Shown here: piece by piece, positions 20,026 through 28,689 of the stretch
Layout: every line of letters begins with the position of its first letter
Position numbering within the stretch: the first letter of the stretch is position 1
Source: Patescibacteria group bacterium
GTDB taxonomy: Bacteria; Patescibacteriota; Patescibacteriia; XYB2-FULL-38-15
Length of the DNA stretch: 64,000 nucleotides
Assembly (NCBI GenBank): GCA_041737355.1
Contig: JBGSRW010000009.1
Location: 5,323-69,322 of the forward strand
Direction of reading: 5' to 3'
The notes under the pieces: generated by a model
What the model was told of the DNA's origin: nothing
Seen by the model: the letters and a program-made list of their open reading frames with translations, nothing else
The model's database searches: none
Program-made: the position numbers and the translations under genes

Positions 20026-20112
20026 AACTTCTAATAGGGTAAGGATTGGCTCGGCTGAAAGGTCGGTCGCGTTTCACAAGAACGCTCGCAAATCCTTATC
20101 CGATTAGAGGTT
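20026..20112 (+). ncRNA. C4/CI-type antisense RNA-like element
   Basis: Three-way junction with a GAAA-tetraloop hairpin. Loop CACAAGA and junction CGCA are complementary to upstream TCTTGTG (20012-20018) and TGCG (20004-20007). TTGACA..TATAGT promoter upstream. Confidence 0.55.
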
Positions 20113-20119
20113 TTTTGTT

Positions 20120-20431
20120 ATGAAGCGTGGCTATATAAGGGTATGGAGAAAAATTTTTGACAATCCCCTTTCGAATAAGCCAGCTTATATGTGGCTCTGG
20201 TTGTCGCTTTTGCTTTTAGTAAATCATAAATCAAAAGAGATTATGTGGAACGGCGAAATAATAATAATTAGGGAGGGACAACTTTTAACTGGCAGGAAGG
20301 AATTATCAAGACAAACTGGTATTCCTGAGTCAACTATTGAGGATATTTTAAAAACGCTCGAAAAGCTGAAGGAAGTCAACCCCGAGAATCAGAAGTTGGA
20401 AGAACTGGAGGAAAGAATAAAAAATATTTAG
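20120..20431 (+). pseudogene. Truncated phage replication initiator N-terminus fused to the TPR gene C-terminus
   Basis: GYIRVWRKI..LWLSLLLLVNH..GQLLTGRKELS..TGIPESTI (phage replisome-organizer HTH type); the tail KTLEKLKEVNPENQKLEELEERIKNI comes from the duplication. Confidence 0.7.
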
Positions 20432-20434
20432 AAA
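20350..20434 (+). repeat. 85-bp direct repeat, copy 2
   Basis: Identical to 19334-19418 (offset 1016). Confidence 0.95.
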
Positions 20435-20491
20435 ATGTAAATTTCGGGAAGAAAGATTTTTTGGTTTTTCCCGGCAAAGATTAAGGATTTT

Positions 20492-20567
20492 GCCGTTGTA
20501 GCTCAGCTGGTAGAGCAACTCCATGGTAAGGAGTAGGTCGCCGGTTCAATTCCGGCCAACGGCTCCA
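20492..20567 (+). tRNA. tRNA-Thr(GGT)
   Basis: Cloverleaf GCCGTTG/CAACGGC, anticodon arm actcc-atGGTaa-ggagt, encoded CCA. Confidence 0.95.
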
Positions 20568-20619
20568 TTCTATCGTAAAATTGAAAAACTCTGCGTAAAA
20601 GTAGGGGAAGCCAAAGCAT

Positions 20620-20702
20620 GGGCAGGTACCGAAGTAGTCAAACGGGGCAGACTGTAAATCTGCTGGCTTACGCCTTCCAAGGTGCAAATCCTTGCCTGCC
20701 CA
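20620..20702 (+). tRNA. tRNA-Tyr(GTA)
   Basis: GGGCAGG/CCTGCCC acceptor, gcaga-ctGTAaa-tctgc, long variable arm, T-loop TGCAAAT. Confidence 0.93.
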
Positions 20703-20705
20703 TTT

Positions 20706-20778
20706 GCCAGCGTAGCTCAGTTGGCAGAGCAACGGTTTTGTAAACCGTAGGTCGTCGGTTCAAATCCGACCGCTGGCT
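20706..20778 (+). tRNA. tRNA-Thr(TGT)
   Basis: GCCAGCG/CGCTGGC acceptor, acggt-ttTGTaa-accgt. Confidence 0.95.
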
Positions 20779-20803
20779 TTTGAGATTAATACATTAAAAT
20801 TTT

Positions 20804-20959
20804 ATGTCCCAGGAAAATTTAATCAAATTAGAATGTTCGGTCTGTAAACGGGTCAATTATTTTTCGCACAAAAATAAAAAGACATTGAAAAACAGACTGG
20901 AGATGAAGAAACATTGCAAGTGGTGCAAGAAGCACACGCCGCATAAGGAAACTAAATAG
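20804..20959 (+). CDS. rpmG: 50S ribosomal protein L33 (zinc-ribbon type)
   Basis: MSQENLIKLECSVCKRVNYFSHKNKKTLKNRLEMKKHCKWCKKHTPHKETK; below the ORF-track cutoff. Confidence 0.95.
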   Translation: MSQENLIKLECSVCKRVNYFSHKNKKTLKNRLEMKKHCKWCKKHTPHKETK

Positions 20960-20997
20960 CAGGGCGCCCGGAAAGGGGCGTAAGGCATTTTTTTAGT

Positions 20998-22551
20998 ATG
21001 TCCGAGCCGGTAAAGCAAGAAATACTCAGGTTCCCGAACCTTATTGTTTTTATAAGCAGTTTTTGCTTAATGGTTTTGGAACTTGTAGCCGGAAGATTAA
21101 TGGCGCCGTATTTAGGCGTCTCTCTTTATACTTGGACAAGTATCATAGGAATAATTTTGGCCGGTATAAGTTTGGGAAATTATCTGGGCGGCAGAGCGGC
21201 TGACGGAAATTTAAGGAAAAAAACCCTGGGTTCGGTTTTTTTGCTCGCCGGAGTAGCTAGCGCTTCGGTTCTTTATCTTGTGCCGACCGTCGGATTGATT
21301 TTGGGAAGAATGAGCATTCCTCTTTCCGCTTCGACTTTTATTTTTTCCCTGGTAATTTTTTTCCCCGCGAGTTTTTTTCTCGGATGCATCTCTCCGATGG
21401 TCGTTAAATTTAATTTAAAAAATCTCGACGAGACAGGCCGGACAGTCGGAAAGATTTACGCATTTGGGTCGCTCGGGAGCATTCTCGGAACTTTCGCCAC
21501 GGGTTTTTTGTTTATCGCTTATCTGGGTACAAAATTTGTTGTTATCGGAGTTGCGGCGATTTTAATTTTGCTCGGGCTTTTGATTATCGGATCCCCGAAA
21601 GCGATGGCCGGGAAAAAAACAAATATAGTTTTGGGTTTAATTTTTTTAGGAAGCTTTTGGATTCCCGGTAATTGCGTCAGGGAGACCAACTATTATTGCA
21701 TCAGCACGAGACCGGTAGTCGCCGATGACAGGTCGCAGGGATTTATTTTGAAGCTGGACCACCTTATTCACAGTTTTGTCTATCCGGGACGGGAGGATAT
21801 TTTGACTTACGATTACGAAAAATTATATAAATTTTTGACCGATTACTGGATTAATAAAAGCGGCCGGGAAGAATTCGGGGCATTATTCCTCGGGGGCGGG
21901 GGATACACGCTGCCCAGATATTTCGACAAATTTTATTCGGGAGGAACTCTGGAGGTAGCTGAAATTGATCCGGAGGTGACAAATTTTAATTTTGACGAGA
22001 TGGGGCTTGATCCGGGGACAAGGATAAAAAGTATTAATAAGGACGCGAGAATTTTTTTGCAGCAATTGCCGTCGGATAGAAAATATGATTTAATTTTCGG
22101 AGACGCCTTTAACGATTTCGCCGTGCCTTATCACCTGACAACGCTTGAATTTGCCGGAGTTATCAAAGATCATCTGGCACCCGGAGGTTTTTACGCCGTA
22201 AATGTCGTAGACAATTATCAGTACGGGAGGTTTGCCAGTTCTCTTATTAAAACCCTGGAAGACGTTTTTCCAAACGTATATCTTGCTCCGATGGCCGCCG
22301 AATGGGAAAAAAACGGGCGCAATACTTTCGTGATATTGGCTGGAGAAGAAAAAATAGATTCCGAAAAATGGAATAAAGTTTTGGAAAAACTTCAGTCCGA
22401 GGGGAAATATAATAATTTGGAAAAAGTCAGCTTTTTGGCTCCCGAAGAAGAGGTTCGGCAATTTTTGGAAGATAAAAAGGCGATTATCCTTACCGATGAT
22501 TATGTCCCGACCGATAATTTGCTGGCGCCGGTTTTTAATAGTTATTACTAA
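20998..22551 (+). CDS. Fused membrane domain / spermidine synthase-like methyltransferase
   Basis: TM region (ELVAGRLMAPYLGVSLYTW), LGGGGY SAM motif, EIDP, DAF, PYHLTTLEF and LTDDYVP. Confidence 0.88.
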   Translation: MSEPVKQEILRFPNLIVFISSFCLMVLELVAGRLMAPYLGVSLYTWTSIIGIILAGISLGNYLGGRAADGNLRKKTLGSVFLLAGVASASVLYLVPTVGLILGRMSIPLSASTFIFSLVIFFPASFFLGCISPMVVKFNLKNLDETGRTVGKIYAFGSLGSILGTFATGFLFIAYLGTKFVVIGVAAILILLGLLIIGSPKAMAGKKTNIVLGLIFLGSFWIPGNCVRETNYYCISTRPVVADDRSQGFILKLDHLIHSFVYPGREDILTYDYEKLYKFLTDYWINKSGREEFGALFLGGGGYTLPRYFDKFYSGGTLEVAEIDPEVTNFNFDEMGLDPGTRIKSINKDARIFLQQLPSDRKYDLIFGDAFNDFAVPYHLTTLEFAGVIKDHLAPGGFYAVNVVDNYQYGRFASSLIKTLEDVFPNVYLAPMAAEWEKNGRNTFVILAGEEKIDSEKWNKVLEKLQSEGKYNNLEKVSFLAPEEEVRQFLEDKKAIILTDDYVPTDNLLAPVFNSYY

Positions 22552-22558
22552 TTTTTTA

Positions 22559-22632
22559 GGGGGTGTAGTTCAGTGGTAGAACACTGGTCTCCAAAACCAG
22601 GGATGAGGGTTCGATTCCTTCCGCCCCCGCCA
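22559..22632 (+). tRNA. tRNA-Trp(CCA)
   Basis: GGGGGTG/CGCCCCC acceptor, ctggt-ctCCAaa-accag, GCCA end. Confidence 0.95.
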
Positions 22633-22660
22633 TGAAAATAATAATTTTAGGGTTCTGAAT

Positions 22661-23446
22661 ATGAAAAAAAATTGGTTGATTGCCGCGATAATAGCGTCTT
22701 TACTTTTTCAGGTCGGGGTGGTAAGCGCTGCTACTTCAGGAGAAGCAAAACAAAATTGGCTTGCCGAAAAACAGGCGCGAATTGAGGCCGACGCCGCCTA
22801 CCGTCAAGCGCAGCTTGATTACGCCGCCAATAAGACGTCGGAAAATGAACAAAAAATTGTTGATACGGCTAAAACGGTGCTTGGCGCCGCTCTTGACGAA
22901 GCGGAAGCTTGGCTAAATTGGAAAAAAGCCGAATCGGAAGAAGATACAGCTGTTCCTGAAAATATTAGACAGAATATCGTGAATGACGTTGTAAAAAATC
23001 TTGCTAAAATAGACGGTCTAAGAGAGGAGGTCAGCGGGATCGAAACGAGGCTCGAGGTCGGTACGGTTTTTCTTAAGATACTCGGCGCTTATGTCGAATT
23101 GTTGGTCGATGTTGCCAGAAATACAGGCGCCGCTTGGACATACATTGCATATCAAAGGGCCGGAGTAGCCGCTGATTATGAAACTAAATTGCGTACGGCG
23201 GCGGAAAAGTTGGATAATAATAATGAAATCATCGCCAAGCTGGATATCGTTAAGGCGGAAATCTCCCTAGCTAAAAATAAGATTAATACGGCCGAAGCCT
23301 CTTACGAAAAAGTTTTTTTACCCGGAACGCCTTTGATCAAATTTTCAGAGGGCAACGGCTATTTGAGACAGGCTAGGGAAAACCTTATTAACGCCCATTT
23401 TCAGCTTACGCGCGCTTTTGATTTGATTGTTTTAGAAAACAAATAA
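22661..23446 (+). CDS. Secreted all-helical/coiled-coil hypothetical protein
   Basis: Signal peptide (VSA-A) followed by amphipathic helices. Confidence 0.75.
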   Translation: MKKNWLIAAIIASLLFQVGVVSAATSGEAKQNWLAEKQARIEADAAYRQAQLDYAANKTSENEQKIVDTAKTVLGAALDEAEAWLNWKKAESEEDTAVPENIRQNIVNDVVKNLAKIDGLREEVSGIETRLEVGTVFLKILGAYVELLVDVARNTGAAWTYIAYQRAGVAADYETKLRTAAEKLDNNNEIIAKLDIVKAEISLAKNKINTAEASYEKVFLPGTPLIKFSEGNGYLRQARENLINAHFQLTRAFDLIVLENK

Positions 23447-23459
23447 GGTAATTTAAAAT

Positions 23460-23708
23460 ATGAAAAAACAAATAATTATTTCAGCAGTTATCATAGTCGC
23501 CGGTCTTATTTTAGCCGGAGCTGGTTGCGGCACTGGGGACGGAGAGAAAATAATTAATGGACAAGAAGAAAAAACAACGGGTACCGAAAAAGAAATAAAA
23601 AAAGACGATATAAACGTTAATTCTGGAGTCACCCAGGAGGAGCTGGACAGACTGAAGGCCGATATTGAAGGTATGGAATACGAAGATTTAAATGGTTTAA
23701 AAAAATAA
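23460..23708 (+). CDS. Small putative lipoprotein
   Basis: LAGAGC lipobox. Confidence 0.7.
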   Translation: MKKQIIISAVIIVAGLILAGAGCGTGDGEKIINGQEEKTTGTEKEIKKDDINVNSGVTQEELDRLKADIEGMEYEDLNGLKK

Positions 23709-23754
23709 ACCCGAATCGTTTTAAGGGTTAGAATTTAATAAATTAATTTATTTT

Positions 23755-24411
23755 ATGTCCAAAAAAATTATTTTTTTGCTTTTTGCCGGGGTTTTGGTTC
23801 TGGCCGGCGCCGGCTGCCAGGGGGAGGAAAAGAAACAAACAAACGAAAACAATGAAAACGCCCAGGTTATTAATGGGAATGTGAATGAGAATGCCGGAAA
23901 TGTTAACGCCGAAGAAGAAATCGTCAGTCCGGAAGAGGAAGATACGGTTCCGACGGCTGGCGGCGTCAATTTCACTTCTTATACAAACAAGTCGGTTGGC
24001 TATACGATTGACCGGCCCGAGAAATGGTATTGGCAGCATTCAACCCAGAAGGAAATAGGGGAAGCCATGCCAGGCGTGGAAGATTTATTTGTCACCGATC
24101 CAAACCCGTTGACGCGGCTTGGTTCGGAATATCTTGGCAGGATTGTCATTGAAGTTTCGAGAAAGAGCTTGGATGAATTGGCTGTAAATATTTCCGACCT
24201 CGTCTCGAGCGAAGTGACTGTCGGAGGCGCGGCGGCAAAGAAATTTGAAGGCACTCGCGACAACGAGATGGTCCAAAACCAGAAAGTCATTGCCTATCAT
24301 TTTGAAAAGGATGGCAGAACTTTCAGAATTGTCTACACTAAAATAAAAAGTACCTCGGAAGAAGAAGCGGTTTTTGAGCACCTGGTTTCAAGCTTAAGCT
24401 TTGCCAGATAA
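23755..24411 (+). CDS. Putative lipoprotein with PsbP-like domain
   Basis: LAGAGC lipobox, N/E-rich linker, YTNKSVGYTIDRPEKW and FEHLVSSLSF. Confidence 0.7.
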   Translation: MSKKIIFLLFAGVLVLAGAGCQGEEKKQTNENNENAQVINGNVNENAGNVNAEEEIVSPEEEDTVPTAGGVNFTSYTNKSVGYTIDRPEKWYWQHSTQKEIGEAMPGVEDLFVTDPNPLTRLGSEYLGRIVIEVSRKSLDELAVNISDLVSSEVTVGGAAAKKFEGTRDNEMVQNQKVIAYHFEKDGRTFRIVYTKIKSTSEEEAVFEHLVSSLSFAR

Positions 24412-24425
24412 CTTAATATAAGTTA

Positions 24426-24455
24426 AAAGCCTCCGGAAATTTCCGGAGGCTTTTA
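24426..24455 (+). terminator. Rho-independent (possibly bidirectional) terminator
   Basis: aaaagcctccgga/tccggaggctttt perfect inverted repeat. Confidence 0.75.
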
Positions 24456-24548
24456 GTTATCCACAAGAGGGCGGTTGACCGCCGCTTGGCTTGGCCGTAT
24501 AATGAAAAGTACGATAAATCATACTTTTCAAATTTAATTATAAAAAAT

Positions 24549-24797
24549 ATGGCACATTTTTCACCGAACGATTTCAAATTTTACGGGCTGACGACCGTAG
24601 GCGAGCGCGGACAGATCGTTATTCCCAAGGAAGTCAGGGATGTAGTGGGCGTTAAGGCGGGGGACAAGTTTTTTATTTTTGCCCATGATGATGAAATAAT
24701 GGCGATGATTAAGCCGGAGAAATTTAATTCCCTGATTAAGGAGATGTCCGGCGTCCTCGAAAAGATAAAAAAAGTCAACAAGACCAAAAGCGTATAA
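24549..24797 (+). CDS. AbrB/MazE/SpoVT-family DNA-binding protein
   Basis: TTVGERGQIVIPKEVR..GVKAGD motif. Confidence 0.88.
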   Translation: MAHFSPNDFKFYGLTTVGERGQIVIPKEVRDVVGVKAGDKFFIFAHDDEIMAMIKPEKFNSLIKEMSGVLEKIKKVNKTKSV

Positions 24798-24835
24798 AAT
24801 GGTATAATAAAATAATAAAAATAATCGATAAATTT

Positions 24836-26701
24836 ATGAGGGGGATCCTAATTTTTTTCAAATCTTTACTTAAGAAAAAGTCTTTTTGGATTATACTGAT
24901 ATTGCTTCTGGCCGGAGGAGGATATATCGCGGCAAAAACCATGCAGAGCCAGAAGGTTGAATACGTTACCGAAGACGTCAAAATGGGGGATATCAGGCAA
25001 ACAGTTTCGGCGACGGGCACACTTACAAGTTCCGACAAAATAGAATTGAATTTTAAGGTAGCGGGAACGCTTAAGGAGATTCTTGTTTCGGAGGGAGATC
25101 AGGTTTCCTCCGGGCAAATTCTCGCTAAGCTCGACGCAAGAAACGCGGAGATTCAAGTTAAGCAGGCCCAGGCCAATTTGGCTTCCGCCGCCGCTAATTT
25201 GAATAAACTGCTCGCTGGCGCAAGCTTGGAAGACGTTAAAATTTCCCAGGAGTCGGTTAACAACGCGAAGATTGCCTACGAAAATGCCAAGAGGGATTAC
25301 GACGCCCTAGTTGCAAAGCTGAATAAGGACATCGAGACTTACGAAAAAAATATTTCAAACGCGGAAGTCTCCCTTGCGGACAGCCAGAAAAATTTGGCTA
25401 ATGCCGAAGTTACCTACCAACAAAACATTGTTAATGCCAAAAATAACGCCCTGACTTCCATCGAAACCAATTTGCTGACGGGCAATATTATTTTAGACAA
25501 TATCGCCCAAAATTTATCTATTGCCTCGGGGGCCAACGCCGACCAGCAAAAGATTAATCAGGCTGAGACATATAAGATTTTAGCCGTTGGAGAATTAGAA
25601 AAGGCAAAAAACGATCTGGCTTTGGCCAAGACGAGCGGGAAGATGGAAGATGCCTACAATGTTTTGAACGAAACGATTTCTGCCTTGAATAAAATTTTAA
25701 GTTCATTAACTTCCCTGATGGACGCCGTTTCCTCGGCCTCAGCGAGCAATTCTTCACAATTAGTCACTATTGAAACGATAAAAAACAGCGTAAAAGCCGA
25801 CCAGACATCTGTTTCGGCGGCTATATCTTCCGTCCAGTCGTCGCAGCAGTCTCTCTTGAACGCCGAAAACAGCTACCAGACTCAAATTGATACCTATCGG
25901 TCGGCGGTCAACGCGGCGAATAACAACTTGCTTACCGCCCGGACAAACCTTTCCGCCGCCCTAGCGGGCAAGGATGTTCAACTATCGGGAGCCAAAGCCG
26001 CAGTAGATAACGCTCTCGGCGCTTACAATTTGGCCAAGGCCCAATATGGTTACAAAGTGGCCGCGCCTCGTTCCTCGGATGTTTCTTTTTACAGATCGCA
26101 AGTAGCTCAATCCAGTGCCGCTCTTGATCTTGCCAAAAGCCAGCTTGACGAGTATACGCTTCTGGCGCCGACGGATGGAGCGATTACTTTCGTGAACTAT
26201 ACCGTTGGAGAACAGATAAACCAAAGCAAACCGGTCGTTGCCATGCTGGGGAAAAATAAATTTTATACCGAAGTTGATATCCCAGAATCCGACATCGTTA
26301 AAATAAAAGTCGGCAATCCGGTGGCAATTACCCTTGACGCCTACTCCGATGAAGTAAAATTTAATGGCAAGGTGTCCTTGGTTTATCCGGCTGAAACGGT
26401 AGTGCAGGACGTTGTTTATTATAAAGTTAAAGTGGAAATGGAAAATTCCGATTATGAAATTAAGTCCGGCATGACTGCAAACTGCGATATCCTCACCAGT
26501 CATAAGGAAAATGTTTTGCTGATGCCTTACCGGGCCCTTCAGGAAAAAGACGGCCGTAAATTCGTGCGTGTTATTTCAGTCGGCCAGCCGGTTGAAAAGA
26601 CAGTCGAAGTCGGCCTCCGGGGTGATGAGGGAGAAATAGAAATTGTTTCTGGGTTAGCGGCAGGGGAAAAAGTGATTGTTTTTGAAAAAACGGCTAAGTA
26701 G
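24836..26701 (+). CDS. MacA-like efflux membrane fusion protein with long coiled coil
   Basis: TM anchor, lipoyl half-motifs (GTLKEILVSEGDQV; APTDGAIT), KSGMTA. Confidence 0.88.
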   Translation: MRGILIFFKSLLKKKSFWIILILLLAGGGYIAAKTMQSQKVEYVTEDVKMGDIRQTVSATGTLTSSDKIELNFKVAGTLKEILVSEGDQVSSGQILAKLDARNAEIQVKQAQANLASAAANLNKLLAGASLEDVKISQESVNNAKIAYENAKRDYDALVAKLNKDIETYEKNISNAEVSLADSQKNLANAEVTYQQNIVNAKNNALTSIETNLLTGNIILDNIAQNLSIASGANADQQKINQAETYKILAVGELEKAKNDLALAKTSGKMEDAYNVLNETISALNKILSSLTSLMDAVSSASASNSSQLVTIETIKNSVKADQTSVSAAISSVQSSQQSLLNAENSYQTQIDTYRSAVNAANNNLLTARTNLSAALAGKDVQLSGAKAAVDNALGAYNLAKAQYGYKVAAPRSSDVSFYRSQVAQSSAALDLAKSQLDEYTLLAPTDGAITFVNYTVGEQINQSKPVVAMLGKNKFYTEVDIPESDIVKIKVGNPVAITLDAYSDEVKFNGKVSLVYPAETVVQDVVYYKVKVEMENSDYEIKSGMTANCDILTSHKENVLLMPYRALQEKDGRKFVRVISVGQPVEKTVEVGLRGDEGEIEIVSGLAAGEKVIVFEKTAK

Positions 26702-26709
26702 CAAATATA

Positions 26710-27441
26710 ATGGAAAAGACATTAATAAAGACGGTTCATCTTTGCAAGGATTACGACAACGACGGAGTTATTACCAAGGTTCTGCACCAGGTTGATCTGG
26801 AAATAAAATCCGGAGAATTCGTCGCGATCATGGGTCCGTCGGGTTCCGGAAAGTCGACCCTGATGCATATTTTAGGTTTTTTGGAGCGGCTAAGCTGCGG
26901 CCAATATTTTTTTGACGGCCAAGACAGCAGTAAATTGACGGATGACGAATTGGCTGTGATAAGAAATGAAAAAGTCGGTTTTATTTTTCAGTCTTTTAAT
27001 CTTCTTCCCAAAACTTCGGTTTACGATAATGTCCGGCTGCCTCTTCTTTATGACGATAAAAAAAGAATAAAAAACCACAACGACGCGATCAAGGAAGCTA
27101 TTATGGCGGTCGGCCTTTATCATCGTATAGGTAATCTTTCAAACCAGCTTTCGGGTGGCGAAAAGCAAAGAGTAGCCATTGCCAGAGCCCTTGTTACGAG
27201 GCCGGAAGTCATTTTTGCCGATGAACCGACCGGGAATCTCGATTCAAAGAGCGGCAAACTTGTTATGGAAATTCTTCAGGATTTAAACGAAAAAGGGAAA
27301 ACTATTGTTCTGGTTACTCACGAAAAGTATACCGCCGAACACGCGAGGCGTATTATCAAAGTTGTGGACGGGTCAATCAGTGATGATTTCGAGGTAAAGC
27401 AAAGATTGCTGGCGAAAGAGGAAAATGATCTAATAAAATAG
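26710..27441 (+). CDS. MacB/LolD-type ABC transporter ATPase
   Basis: [24 protein letters not shown] and [10 protein letters not shown] motifs. Confidence 0.95.
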   Translation: MEKTLIKTVHLCKDYDNDGVITKVLHQVDLEIKSGEFVAIMGPSGSGKSTLMHILGFLERLSCGQYFFDGQDSSKLTDDELAVIRNEKVGFIFQSFNLLPKTSVYDNVRLPLLYDDKKRIKNHNDAIKEAIMAVGLYHRIGNLSNQLSGGEKQRVAIARALVTRPEVIFADEPTGNLDSKSGKLVMEILQDLNEKGKTIVLVTHEKYTAEHARRIIKVVDGSISDDFEVKQRLLAKEENDLIK

Positions 27442-27447
27442 AAAAAC

Positions 27448-28689
27448 ATGGATTGGAAATCAACAATCAGAATTGCTTACATCGGCCTTAAAACAAAAAA
27501 ATCCCGAACATTTATGACAATGCTCGGGATAATTATTGGTATCGCCTCGGTGATTATAATTATTTCGGTCGGTTCCGGAGCCCAAAGTCTGATTTTAAAT
27601 CAGGTAAAAAGCATGGGTTCGAATCTGATAGGCGTTATGCCCGGCGCCTCGGAAGAAGCCGGCCCGCCCCCTTCGGCCATGGGGATTGTCGAAACCAGTC
27701 TGAAAGGGGCGGATATGGACTCATTGCTGGAAAACAATAATGTCCCCAACGCCGTTGCCGTGACTTACGAAAATAGGGGCGTAGGAACATTGCAGTGGCG
27801 GGAAAATAAATATGACGGGACTTTTATCGGCACGACGGCAAGTTACCCGGAAGTTCATGATTTCGAAGTCGGAAGAGGCCGTTTCTTCAATAAAGACGAA
27901 GAAAAAGACCTGGCCAGGGTTGTTGTTTTGGGTGCCGATGTTGCGCAAGAATTATTCGGGAACAACGATCCCTTGAATCAGAATATAAAAATTAAGAAAG
28001 AAGAGTTCAGAGTTGTCGGTGTAATCGTAAAAAGGGGAACGGTAACTTTCCAAAATCAAGACAGCCTAGTTTTTATTCCGAGTTCTACGTGCCAGAAGAT
28101 AATGCTGGGGATTGATTACGTTTCTTTGGGCAGGGTCAAAATTGATGTCGAAGAGAATACCAAACAGGCGGTGGAAGATATTAAAAGAGTTTTGCGGGAA
28201 AGGCACAGCCTGGACAAAGATGAGCCGGATGATTTTTCAGTCAGGGCTCAAACGCAGGCTATTGAAATTTTTTCGTCCATAACCGATTCCCTGACTTATT
28301 TTTTGGCGGCCATAGCCGCCATTTCTCTTTTGGTCGGCGGGATCGGTATTATGAATATTATGCTGGTTGCCGTAGTGGAACGAACGAGGGAAGTCGGATT
28401 GCGTAAGGCTCTGGGTGCTAAAAACCGCAATATCTTAAGTCAGTTTTTAGCCGAGTCGGTAGTCGTAACCTTAAGCGGGGGAGTCGTCGGGGTAATTTTC
28501 GGAGTAATATTTTCTTTTCTTGTCTCGGTGGTGGCCAGGCAGCTGGGATATGAGTGGGATTTTGTTATTTCATATGTGGCGATTTTTTTATCCTGCGCCA
28601 TTTCTATTTTGATAGGATTGGTGTTCGGCGTTTATCCGGCGCGGAAAGCCGCGAAACTTAACCCAATCGAGGCATTGCGTTATGAGTAG
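27448..28689 (+). CDS. MacB/FtsX-type ABC permease
   Basis: SLLVGGIGIMNIMLVAVVERTREVGLRKALGA; PIEALRYE. Confidence 0.93.
   Translation: MDWKSTIRIAYIGLKTKKSRTFMTMLGIIIGIASVIIIISVGSGAQSLILNQVKSMGSNLIGVMPGASEEAGPPPSAMGIVETSLKGADMDSLLENNNVPNAVAVTYENRGVGTLQWRENKYDGTFIGTTASYPEVHDFEVGRGRFFNKDEEKDLARVVVLGADVAQELFGNNDPLNQNIKIKKEEFRVVGVIVKRGTVTFQNQDSLVFIPSSTCQKIMLGIDYVSLGRVKIDVEENTKQAVEDIKRVLRERHSLDKDEPDDFSVRAQTQAIEIFSSITDSLTYFLAAIAAISLLVGGIGIMNIMLVAVVERTREVGLRKALGAKNRNILSQFLAESVVVTLSGGVVGVIFGVIFSFLVSVVARQLGYEWDFVISYVAIFLSCAISILIGLVFGVYPARKAAKLNPIEALRYE

Larger units (their letters stand above)
19419..20349 (+). mobile_element. Captured phage-like DNA fragment bounded by an 85-bp duplication
   Basis: Lies between two identical copies of the TPR gene 3' end; contains an orphan ORF, a promoter, a C4-like RNA and a truncated replication initiator. 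Confidence 0.55.

Noticed and set aside
19419-20349. Intact prophage integrated at the tRNA cluster
   Set aside because: No integrase or structural genes, and the flanking repeat derives from a protein gene rather than a tRNA
24549-24797. Toxin-antitoxin pair
   Set aside because: The AbrB-type gene has no adjacent toxin and precedes an efflux operon, so it is more likely that operon's regulator
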